Assembly (NCBI GenBank): GCA_022709525.1
Contig: JAKLIQ010000011.1
Span: 6,040-70,039 of the forward strand
DNA from: Candidatus Omnitrophota bacterium
GTDB taxonomy: Bacteria > Omnitrophota > Omnitrophia > Omnitrophales > Aquincolibacteriaceae
Direction: 5' to 3'
DNA: 64,000 nt
The translations under genes and the position numbers were made by a program. The notes under the pieces are model-generated. The model did not search any database, was not told the DNA's origin, and saw nothing but the letters and a program-made list of their open reading frames with translations. Below, piece after piece: positions 39,970 to 47,802 of this stretch (position 1 is the first letter of the stretch; every line of letters starts with the position of its first letter).

Positions 39970-40985
39970 CTGAAAAAGATCAAGAGGATGATCCAGGCAT
40001 AAAAACCCGCGCCAAGATCGTCAGCCAGGATGCCCCAGTACCGGGGGATCCGCTCAAGCGCCCGTATGGGGAAAGGTTTGAACATATCAAAAACGCGGAA
40101 AAGGGCAAAACCAAGAAGCGCTGAAACCCAGTTCAAAGGGATCATCATAAAGGTCACAAAAATACCGCACACCTCATCGATCACAATGTACTGAGGATCG
40201 GGGTTCGGGTCTTTGATGCGTTCATAAGACCAAGCCCCCCAGACGGCTAAAAATAAAAAAACGGCCCCGTAAAGCCATCCGTTCCAATGCGTCAAAAAAA
40301 CCAGCAGAAGGCCGAGCATACTCCCCCAGGTTCCGGGCGCTTTCGGAAAAAAACCTACACCTACCGCGAGAACATACTTATTGAAGGCCTCCGAAGTAAA
40401 AAGGGCGCGCTGATTCCAGAGAAAACTCACGCCGGAGACAAACGTCAGGTAGATCACGATGAGCAGAAGAACGGGAAGCGTGTAATAAAAGAGCCTCGCC
40501 GCCCATTCTAAAATAAAATAAGGGTAAGGGTTCAGAAGCAGATAGACAAAAGAAACGCTTACCAGGGCCACCTGAAAACCGAATTTCCGCTTCCCCATCT
40601 TTTCCGCGCCCATCGACTTCCCCTCTAAAACCCATCCCGTCCGGCAAAACGTGACGATGATCTCGCGAATAAAGATCGGAACGATCCACCAGATCGAATA
40701 GAATTTAAGCGCGGCAAAAGCCGTCAGCGGTCCCAAGATCAGGATCTTATCGCTAAAAGGATCGATGTAGCGGCCGATCGGAGATTCGAGGTTGTGTTTG
40801 CGGGCGATCTTGCCATCCCAGTAATCGGTGACCCCGCCCATGATAAAAAGGAAAAGCCCGAACAAATGCCCCCAAGGGTTCGGCTGGAGGATCAGGAATG
40901 GGAGAAAAAGGCCGATCACGCCGCGCGAAATGGTCAGCACATTCGGATGGAAAATACGAAATTTATATTTGTCCCAAAAGGTCAT
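39966..40985 (-). CDS. Fusion of CDP-alcohol phosphatidyltransferase (PgsA-like) and phosphatidylglycerophosphatase A (PgpA)
   Basis: DYWDGKIARKHNLESPIGRYIDPFSDK (D-G-x2-A-R-x8-G-x3-D-x3-D motif) in the N-terminal half. The C-terminal half resembles PgpA (...GTWGSMLGLLL..VFDMFKPFP..). Confidence 0.65.
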   Translation of the reverse strand: MTFWDKYKFRIFHPNVLTISRGVIGLFLPFLILQPNPWGHLFGLFLFIMGGVTDYWDGKIARKHNLESPIGRYIDPFSDKILILGPLTAFAALKFYSIWWIVPIFIREIIVTFCRTGWVLEGKSMGAEKMGKRKFGFQVALVSVSFVYLLLNPYPYFILEWAARLFYYTLPVLLLIVIYLTFVSGVSFLWNQRALFTSEAFNKYVLAVGVGFFPKAPGTWGSMLGLLLVFLTHWNGWLYGAVFLFLAVWGAWSYERIKDPNPDPQYIVIDEVCGIFVTFMMIPLNWVSALLGFALFRVFDMFKPFPIRALERIPRYWGILADDLGAGFYAWIILLIFFR

Positions 40986-42342
40986 AATCCTGAGTATCCG
41001 TGATCTTTACCGTATAAAATTTTCCTGGCTCCAACGCTTTCCGGCTTTTCACAAGAACGCTGCCGTCTATTTCGGGAGCGTCCATGGCGGAACGACCCGC
41101 CCACCATCCAGCCTTTTCGGAATCCCCTGATTCAATAAGGACCCGAAGTTCTTCGCCAATATAGCGGCGATTCACTTCCCGCACGATCTCCTGCTGGAGC
41201 TGCATGGCGCGATGATAACGCTCTTCTTTGACAGGCTCCGGAACTTGATCTGGAAACTCCGCCGCCGCGGAGCCTTCTTCCCGGGAATAGCGGAAGATGC
41301 CGAGGCGCTCAAACTTCGTTTCCCGCATGAATTCCAGAAGTTCTTCGAAATCTCGTTCCGTTTCGCCCGGAAACCCCACAATGAAACTCGTCCGGATCAC
41401 CACGCCCGGGATCATCACGCGTAATTTTCGAATAAGCTCCGTGATCTGTTTTTTAGTACCGCCGCGGCGCATCGACCTGAGTATTTTATCACTAATATGC
41501 TGAAGCGGTAAGTCTATGTACCGGCAAACTTTTTTCGACCGCGCGATGGCCTGAATGATATTGTCGCTTAAGGTGGAGGGATAAGTATAGAGAAGCCGCA
41601 TCCACCGCACGTCACGCACCACGCTTAACGCCTGCAAAAGTTCCGGCAGAAGCGACCTCCGCGCATAGTCGCAACCGAATTTTGTGATATCCTGCCCGAT
41701 CACCACTAGTTCCTTGGCGCCTTCATCGGCTAATTGTTTCGCCTCTTTGACAAGGTCCGCGATATGGCGCGAACGGTACCGGCCGCGAAGCTTCGGGATC
41801 ACGCAAAAAGAGCACGTATGGTCGCAACCTTCGGAGATCTTAAGATACCGAGAGTGAGAAGGGGTCAGGGGCACGCGGGCTTCGTCGGAATTGGCAAGGT
41901 AACCAGCTTTGTGGACCGTGATGAATTTCTTTCCATCTGCGACTTTTTTAAGGACCTCGGCGATCCGCTTGTAATCTCCGGAGCCTACGAACGCATCAAC
42001 TTCGGGAAATTCTTTTTGAAGTTCCCCTGCATAGCGTTGGACAAGACACCCGACAACGATCACGCCGAGCAATTTTTTTTCTTTTTTCAACTCGAGGAGT
42101 TTTAAAAGAGCATCGATCGATTCTTCCTTGGCGTCGCGGATGAACCCACAAGTATTAAGAAGGACGATATCGCTTTTTTCGATGTCTTGGGTGATCGAGA
42201 AATGAGCCCCCCGGGCCTTCCCGAGAATCACCTCGCTATCCACAAGTGTTTTGGGACATCCAAGCGACACAATGCCAATACTAAGATTCTGCCTACTTTT
42301 CACTTGAGAAGAGCTTCCTTCGTGGATAGAATAACGCTCCAC
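40963..42342 (-). CDS. rimO: Ribosomal protein S12 methylthiotransferase RimO (radical SAM MTTase)
   Basis: IGIVSLGCPKTLVDSEV N-terminal MTTase domain, radical SAM CxxxCxxC (CDHTCSFC), C-terminal TRAM domain. Confidence 0.8.
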   Translation of the reverse strand: MERYSIHEGSSSQVKSRQNLSIGIVSLGCPKTLVDSEVILGKARGAHFSITQDIEKSDIVLLNTCGFIRDAKEESIDALLKLLELKKEKKLLGVIVVGCLVQRYAGELQKEFPEVDAFVGSGDYKRIAEVLKKVADGKKFITVHKAGYLANSDEARVPLTPSHSRYLKISEGCDHTCSFCVIPKLRGRYRSRHIADLVKEAKQLADEGAKELVVIGQDITKFGCDYARRSLLPELLQALSVVRDVRWMRLLYTYPSTLSDNIIQAIARSKKVCRYIDLPLQHISDKILRSMRRGGTKKQITELIRKLRVMIPGVVIRTSFIVGFPGETERDFEELLEFMRETKFERLGIFRYSREEGSAAAEFPDQVPEPVKEERYHRAMQLQQEIVREVNRRYIGEELRVLIESGDSEKAGWWAGRSAMDAPEIDGSVLVKSRKALEPGKFYTVKITDTQDYDLLGQI

Positions 42343-42364
42343 TTTTTAGGGCTTCCTTTGAGGT

Positions 42365-42441
42365 GGGGGCGTAGCTCAATTGGTTAGAGCTCCGGACTGT
42401 CGATCCGGAGGTTGCGGGTTCGAGCCCCGTCGCTCCCGCCA
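42365..42441 (+). tRNA. tRNA-Asp(GTC)
   Basis: GGGGGCGTAGCTCAATTGGTTAGAGCTCCGGACTGTCGATCCGGAGGTTGCGGGTTCGAGCCCCGTCGCTCCCGCCA. Cloverleaf folds with anticodon loop CTGTCGA; CCA is encoded. Confidence 0.85.
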
Positions 42442-42488
42442 TTTCTTTTTTAAAAATTCTCTTTCAATTCCCTTCCAAAATATAAACT

Positions 42489-42540
42489 TGGGCGCTGAAG
42501 GATTCGAACCCTCGACCCTATCCGTGTAAAGGATATGCTC
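42489..42540 (-). pseudogene. Degenerate tRNA-Val(TAC)-like copy: intact anticodon arm, variable loop, T-arm and 3' acceptor, but no pairing 5' acceptor strand
   Basis: GAGCATATCCTTTACACGGATAGGGTCGAGGGTTCGAATCCTTCAGCGCCCA parallels the adjacent tRNA-Val. No complementary 5' acceptor strand upstream. Confidence 0.5.
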
Positions 42541-42610
42541 GGCAAGTGCGATGATTTCTTTGATCATCGCACTTGCCGCACTTGCTCATCGGAGCAAGTG
42601 CTGACCAACA
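42541..42610. repeat. Two adjacent perfect hairpins (14-bp and 10-bp stems) inserted in the D-loop position of the degenerate tRNA-Val
   Basis: ggcaagtgcgatga-tttctttga-tcatcgcacttgcc and gcacttgctc-atcg-gagcaagtgc; the two share the gcacttgc core. Confidence 0.6.
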
Positions 42611-42624
42611 AGCTCACAATTTCG

Positions 42625-42698
42625 TGGGCGATACTGGATTCGAACCAATGACCCTCTCCGTGTAAAGGAGATGCTCTAACCAGCTGAGCTAATCGCCC
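42625..42698 (-). tRNA. tRNA-Val(TAC)
   Basis: GGGCGATTAGCTCAGCTGGTTAGAGCATCTCCTTTACACGGAGAGGGTCATTGGTTCGAATCCAGTATCGCCCA; anticodon loop TTTACAC. Confidence 0.85.
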
Positions 42699-42785
42699 AC
42701 GAAATTGTGGTTTCAACCAACTGCCCCAAGCCCCAATGGCTTGAGACGACTTCGGCGGAAACTTGTCGTTTCCGTCCGATCCGAG

Positions 42786-43844
42786 CTAAGCGCCCTCAAA
42801 GCTGTTGATCCGGTGTATCAGTTTATTAAGGTTGGCAAAAATGTCCTTTTTGAAATAAAAGGAAAGCCGCGTCAGATGGAACGTATACGGCACATTCCGC
42901 TCTTCCTCGAATGGCTTCAGCGACTGGGTAATCTTCCCTTTTTTGAGCAGGTGCTTGAACTCTTGATTGAGCAGACCCAGCTGTTTTTCGCTGAGCGGTT
43001 TTTCGATGCGCAGAACCAGAAGGTCCCGGATATAGCGCATGGAATGGTACATTTTATAAAAATTCGTCACATAAGCGGCCGCATCGACGGGATCATGGGT
43101 AACATACATAAGATCGAGATCTTCTTCATGGATCATCCCCTGCTGCAGTAGTTGCTGCCTCAGGAAATGAAAGAAATCCTTCCAGTAAGTCGAAGACGGC
43201 GCATCGAGGCAAACGATCGGCCTAGGATCGGTCTTCCCCGTCTGAACAAGCGTCAGGGTCTCGAATCCTTCGTCATGGGTCCCAAAACCTCCCGGACAAA
43301 GAACTGTCGCGTGCGATTCGCGAAGAAACATGAGTTTGCGCGTAAAAAAATATTTAAAGGTCATGAGTTTCGGATCCTGAAGCATCACAGGGTTGGGCTC
43401 CTGCTCATAGGGAAGCTGGATATTCATCCCGAAACTCTTTTTATGGCCGGCGCCTTCGTTGCCCGCCTGCATGATGCCGGATGCGGCGCCCGTGATGACC
43501 ATCCATCCTTTTTTGACGACCTCTTTGGCGAATTTCTCAGCGATCTGGTAATCCGGGGAATGGCGCGGCGTCCTCGCGGAACCGAAAATGGCGACTTTGC
43601 GGATCGAGCGGTAGGGTTCAAAAAGCTTGAGACTGTGCCGGAGCTCCTTGAGCGCCGTGTTGAGTATCTTGATATCGCCGCGGTCCAATTTATCGGTATG
43701 GACCTTAAGCGCGGTCACCACCAATTCTTCGGCAAGATCGGCATTAGAACCAGGACCCGCCTGATGGATCAGCTCATGAATGAGTTGATTAAGCTTAGGG
43801 TTCCCGGTCTGGTAAGGCTCGCGTTTTTTAAAGAAGTCTTCCAT
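42786..43844 (-). CDS. LOG-family (TIGR00730) Rossmann-fold nucleotide-binding protein with N-terminal extension
   Basis: VAIFGSARTP ... GGFGTHDE (compare GGYGTLEE in the LOG family) ... PGGFGT. Confidence 0.7.
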   Translation of the reverse strand: MEDFFKKREPYQTGNPKLNQLIHELIHQAGPGSNADLAEELVVTALKVHTDKLDRGDIKILNTALKELRHSLKLFEPYRSIRKVAIFGSARTPRHSPDYQIAEKFAKEVVKKGWMVITGAASGIMQAGNEGAGHKKSFGMNIQLPYEQEPNPVMLQDPKLMTFKYFFTRKLMFLRESHATVLCPGGFGTHDEGFETLTLVQTGKTDPRPIVCLDAPSSTYWKDFFHFLRQQLLQQGMIHEEDLDLMYVTHDPVDAAAYVTNFYKMYHSMRYIRDLLVLRIEKPLSEKQLGLLNQEFKHLLKKGKITQSLKPFEEERNVPYTFHLTRLSFYFKKDIFANLNKLIHRINSFEGA

Positions 43845-44528
43845 TTAATCACCGACCTTGACCCGAAGGATCAAGTCTCCCGGATGGTGACAAGCGTGGC
43901 ATACCCGTCCCTGGCGCGCCAAGCGCAGCTTCTGTCCTTCGCGGGTATTGGAGGGGATCTTCACCGAAACCGTTTGCCCTTCGGGGGTCCGGAATGTCAC
44001 GCTTCCGCCTTCTTTAGCCTTCCGTTTGGAGATCTTTAAATTCACGATCACATCCGCGGGCTCCTGGGATGGAACCGGCTGGTCATAATCATCTTCGGCC
44101 TCATAATAACCCTGTTGCGGCGACCCGGAAGAATAAAACCGGAAAGAGCCACCTGTTCCACCGCCTGAAAAAAGATCCCCAAAAATATCCGAAAACGCAG
44201 AATACCGGCCACTCGGTCGTCCGCGCCCGCCGCCTGAGAACTGCCGGAGCAGGTCCTCGAAATTGAACCCTTGAGCGCCCGCGTAATTTCCCTGGAAACC
44301 CCCGCCGAATTTCCGCATCTGGTCATACTGTTGGCGGCGTTTTTCGTCGCTTAGGATATAGTAGGCCTCGGAGATCTCTTTGAATTTTGCTTCCGCGGCC
44401 TTGGGGTTATCGGGGTTCTTGTCCGGATGGTATTTGACCGCGAGTTTGCGGTAGACCTTCTTGATCTCATCCGCCGAGGCAGACTCCGGAACGCCAAGGA
44501 CTTTATAGTAATCTTTTTGCTGGGTCAT
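43845..44528 (-). CDS. J-domain protein (DnaJ/CbpA-like, truncated C-terminal domain)
   Basis: DYYKVLGV...[13 protein letters not shown] (HPD motif); G/F-rich linker. Confidence 0.8.
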   Translation of the reverse strand: MTQQKDYYKVLGVPESASADEIKKVYRKLAVKYHPDKNPDNPKAAEAKFKEISEAYYILSDEKRRQQYDQMRKFGGGFQGNYAGAQGFNFEDLLRQFSGGGRGRPSGRYSAFSDIFGDLFSGGGTGGSFRFYSSGSPQQGYYEAEDDYDQPVPSQEPADVIVNLKISKRKAKEGGSVTFRTPEGQTVSVKIPSNTREGQKLRLARQGRVCHACHHPGDLILRVKVGD

Positions 44529-44765
44529 ATTTTCTAAAGCTTTTCCTTAATGAAAAAGCCCTCGATTCCAATTGAGGGCTTATAATTATAAATAAAGACG
44601 TGGAGGTGCTCTGATTTCTATTAAATTTTTATGGAAATCAGGACAACCTCCATTTCCAATTATTTTCTATAATAATGTCAATAGAGGTGGAGTTGGTCTG
44701 CCCCTGTCTAAACCACCCTCTGTATTATGAACGAGCAATGGCAACTGAAACCCAATTTATACCAC

Positions 44766-45176
44766 CTAAAGCGTGGAAACTTCGGTCCCACAATAGCGAC
44801 ACTTTTTCGCCTCTTTTTTAATCAATTCCGCACAAGAAGGACATTTGCGACGTTCTGTTACGAAGGGGGTTTTACATTTCCAGCAAACCCTTAGCTGAGG
44901 ATGATTTTTCACTTTGCACTGCGGACAAACAATCACAGACCCAGACGTAGTTTGAACCACTTCAACGTCCAATTCCGCAGGCGTGGCCCCTAATTTCTCA
45001 TCTGGTTGAAGCGCCCATACTAACGCTATCACCCAACCTATCAAGGACCAACCAAAGAAGAAATTCACTACAAAAACCTGCGTGCTTTGTTTTTTTCCAC
45101 TTGCGACGCTTGTAGGGATGAAATACACAAAAAGCCCCACAATAATCGCAACGACAACGATTACTACCTCCATCAA
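44766..45176 (-). CDS. Membrane protein with C-terminal double zinc ribbon (hypothetical)
   Basis: Two TM helices at the N-terminus, followed by CPQC...CWKC...CPSC...CRYC. Confidence 0.45.
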   Translation of the reverse strand: MMEVVIVVVAIIVGLFVYFIPTSVASGKKQSTQVFVVNFFFGWSLIGWVIALVWALQPDEKLGATPAELDVEVVQTTSGSVIVCPQCKVKNHPQLRVCWKCKTPFVTERRKCPSCAELIKKEAKKCRYCGTEVSTL

Positions 45177-45278
45177 AAAACCTCCCTAAGTCGCACTACT
45201 TCGAGATAAATACCAGCTCGCCGTCTTGATAGCGGTATGTTTCAACTTCTGTTTCATCGAGCCAGTTTACTATTGAAG

Positions 45279-45669
45279 TGGTGGAGGTGGCGGGAATTGC
45301 ACCCGCGTCCAAAAGATCCGTCACCAAAGGTTCTCCATGCTCAGTCCCCATTTGATCTGATCCCCCAAACCCATGCGGACAGGAAGTTGAGGGACGATCC
45401 GTCTAAGTCTTTTCTCCGGAACCGACGGCGGATCCCGGAAAGCATCCCGCTAATGTCGTCAGCGGAACTTAGCGGGCGTCGGCCCCGTGACGTCGCTAGC
45501 CCTTAGGCAGCGAGAGGAACGAACACGGGAGCCGAAACCGGCCCAACCGCTCTTTCGTTCCAGCTGAGTTTATCAGCATTTATGGTTTGCCACGTTGATT
45601 TAAGAGGAACCTGACGAACCTCTGCATGCTCCCTTGTATGCCTGATCCCCTGTCGAACCTATTCACCCC
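45279..45669 (-). ncRNA. ssrA: tmRNA (ssrA), about 391 nt
   Basis: 5' GGGGGTGAATAGGTTCGACAGGGG... and 3' ...GGACGCGGGTGCAATTCCCGCCACCTCCACCA. The acceptor stem pairs GGGGGTG with CACCTCC and keeps the G3-U70 alanine identity pair. An internal reading frame ends ...PVFVPLAA-TAA, a typical LAA-type tag end. smpB lies 0.9 kb away. Confidence 0.85.
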
Positions 45670-45772
45670 CAGGAGACTATGGAAAAGAACCAAAAGAAGT
45701 ATACCACCGAAAGACCGCCCGCTCAACTTCGCAAGCCGGCATCCGAAGCGGCAAAAACGGCCGGGTTTGACC

Positions 45773-46534
45773 CTATTTTCCGATATGCTCGAGGGCTTTT
45801 GTGATCGGAGCGCTTGAAATTTTCATGACACCGGAAAGAGGCGTGTTCATTTCTTCGATCAGGAACATCGCGCCGGTCACTGACATCGCCGAAACCAAAA
45901 GAACAACGATCACGGTCTCGTTGCGCGGCGCCAGAAGGCCGAAACAGGCGAAAAGAACAGTAAGCCAGAAAAGCAGCATGATGAAAAAGATCGGCGGCAG
46001 CGTCAATTGGGCGCGCTCGATCATCAGCCATCGCGACCCAAGAAGGTCGTTGCTGAACTGGATCGCTTGCGCCTGAAGGGAGCGCTGCGCGTCGCTTTGC
46101 GGCGCGAGCTGTCGAAGCTCCGCCTGGATGCGCTCCATCCCGTCCCCCTTTTCAAAAGCGTTCAGTCCCCCCATTTTCTTCCCTTGCCCCGGCCAGAACA
46201 TCGTAACAGCGTTCTGGATCGAACGACGAAGCTGAGCGCGCGCCGGTGCCGCCTCCGGGCCATAGGCGGCCAGCGTATGATCAAGTAAAATGACCTTGGC
46301 GCCGCATTCGGTAAGCGAAGTATTCACCGTATCGAACGACCCTTTCGCGGAACTCACTAAAAGCCCCAGTACGAGGGCCGTGAGGGTCGCGATCAGGCCA
46401 ACCCCTAGCTTGACCGCATCCCGTGACTCCTCGCTTAAATGATGGCTCGGGAGGACCGCCCGCAGGATGAGGCCGATCGCAGTCCCGACAAGAACAAAGA
46501 TAAAAATCAACGCGCTGCTCCAGATCGAATTCAT
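45773..46534 (-). CDS. Hypothetical integral membrane protein
   Basis: Four or more hydrophobic segments; no confident family. Confidence 0.4.
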   Translation of the reverse strand: MNSIWSSALIFIFVLVGTAIGLILRAVLPSHHLSEESRDAVKLGVGLIATLTALVLGLLVSSAKGSFDTVNTSLTECGAKVILLDHTLAAYGPEAAPARAQLRRSIQNAVTMFWPGQGKKMGGLNAFEKGDGMERIQAELRQLAPQSDAQRSLQAQAIQFSNDLLGSRWLMIERAQLTLPPIFFIMLLFWLTVLFACFGLLAPRNETVIVVLLVSAMSVTGAMFLIEEMNTPLSGVMKISSAPITKALEHIGK

Positions 46535-46559
46535 ATTTTTTCCTTTTTAAAATGTTGGC

Positions 46560-47060
46560 TTAGCGGATTTTTTTGATCGCCGCGGAAGTTTCGCGGTCAT
46601 GGATGCGTTTTCGGATCGCTTCGCGCTTGTCATGTTGTTTTTTGCCTTCGCCGACCGCGATCTCGATCTTGACGAGGCCTTTTTTAAGGTACATGCGAAG
46701 CGGCACGATCGCGAACCCCTTATGCGCGGCTTGGCCCATCAGACGATCAATCTCGATCCGCTTGAGCAAAAGTTTACGCGTTCGGATCGGATCCAGCTCT
46801 TGATGTCCCTGGATCTTGGAATAGGGTGAAATATGGCAATTGAGAAGGAATGCTTCTTCTTTCATGATGCGGACATAGCTGTCTTTTAAGTTCACCCGCC
46901 GCTCGCGAATGGACTTTACCTCATGACCCATGAGGCTCACGCCGGCCTCATATTTGTCACGGATGAAATAATTGAAATGCGCCTTCCGGTTCTCGGAGAT
47001 CACTTCAAACGAATTCCGGACAGGTTTCGGCGGCGAGGTTGCTTCTTTTTTCTTTTTCAT
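46560..47060 (-). CDS. smpB: SsrA-binding protein SmpB
   Basis: ...NRKAHFNYFI.DKYEAGV.L.G.EVKSIR... canonical SmpB sequence. Confidence 0.9.
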   Translation of the reverse strand: MKKKKEATSPPKPVRNSFEVISENRKAHFNYFIRDKYEAGVSLMGHEVKSIRERRVNLKDSYVRIMKEEAFLLNCHISPYSKIQGHQELDPIRTRKLLLKRIEIDRLMGQAAHKGFAIVPLRMYLKKGLVKIEIAVGEGKKQHDKREAIRKRIHDRETSAAIKKIR

Positions 47061-47151
47061 AGGATGGCGATTTCGTGCTTTAAAGGTGCCGTCATCGTAC
47101 AGAAACTTCTTTGGTTTCTGACGATGCGGTATTTTTACATCGGTAAAAATG

Positions 47152-47168
47152 CTGAGGGGGGGGACTTG
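47152..47168. repeat. Direct repeat of the tRNA-Leu 3' end (tgctgag-G8-acttg) about 120 bp downstream of the tRNA
   Basis: 47152-47168 tgctgaggggggggacttg versus 47271-47288 tgctgagggggggacttg, which is the T-stem and acceptor of tRNA-Leu. Three small hairpins lie between the two copies. Confidence 0.6.
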
Positions 47169-47267
47169 CCCTAGCGCCCAATGCGCTAGGCACCCCTCCT
47201 ACAAAGTGCGGTTGCCGTAGAGGGTTATCCTTAAACCCTCACGGCACCGTACCAATTCACTAAGAAT

Positions 47268-47354
47268 TGGTGCTGAGGGGGGGACTTGAACCCCCAAGGG
47301 ATCGCTCCCACAGGCTTCTGAGACCTGCGTGTCTGCCAGTTCCACCACCCCAGC
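47268..47354 (-). tRNA. tRNA-Leu(CAG), class II with long variable arm, CCA encoded
   Basis: GCTGGGGTGGTGGAACTGGCAGACACGCAGGTCTCAGAAGCCTGTGGGAGCGATCCCTTGGGGGTTCAAGTCCCCCCCTCAGCACCA. Confidence 0.85.
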
Positions 47355-47802
47355 ATAGTGTAAAGGATTCAGGAATATAGCGGTCTTAAGCGGGAACCGT
47401 CAACATCAAAGATAGAAAAGAACGCATCCCTCTTCAGACGGTCGCTAAAAAAGCTTCGGGCTTGAGCCCTCGTCAACACTTCGGGAATCCCCGGCGTGGA
47501 TTCCCTCGTTCGGTCTCACTCCTCGCTCCCTGCTGACGCAGGCCCATGCCCGCTCGTCATTCGAACGTGCCTCGGACTCAACCCTTTGCCTTTTTTCTTT
47601 CCGAGTGAAGACGGAAAGTGTGTTTAAGCGACGTAAGGAGGCCCGAGCGCCAAGGTTTTTTTGCGAGGCCGACGCTCCGAGTGAAGCCATGCCACGGTGG
47701 GGCATGGCAAACGTTCGCGAAAAACACACTTTCCGGCGAAACAAAGAATCAGTTAAAAACTACTATCTGAAATGAGATGCGTCCGATGGAAAGGGAAGGA
47801 AC

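Noticed and set aside
43152-44039. 295-aa plus-strand ORF
   Set aside because: Antisense to the LOG-family and J-domain genes, with no motifs.
47445-47744. 99-aa minus-strand ORF in the tRNA-Leu upstream region
   Set aside because: Low-complexity R/S/A-rich product with no RBS. The region is better explained as structured non-coding RNA or DNA.
47355-47800. Considered as the tmRNA gene because smpB is adjacent
   Set aside because: No tRNA-like acceptor or T-arm ends are present here. A bona fide tmRNA with G3-U70 and a CCACCA 3' end lies at 45279-45669. RNase P and SRP signature motifs were also not found.
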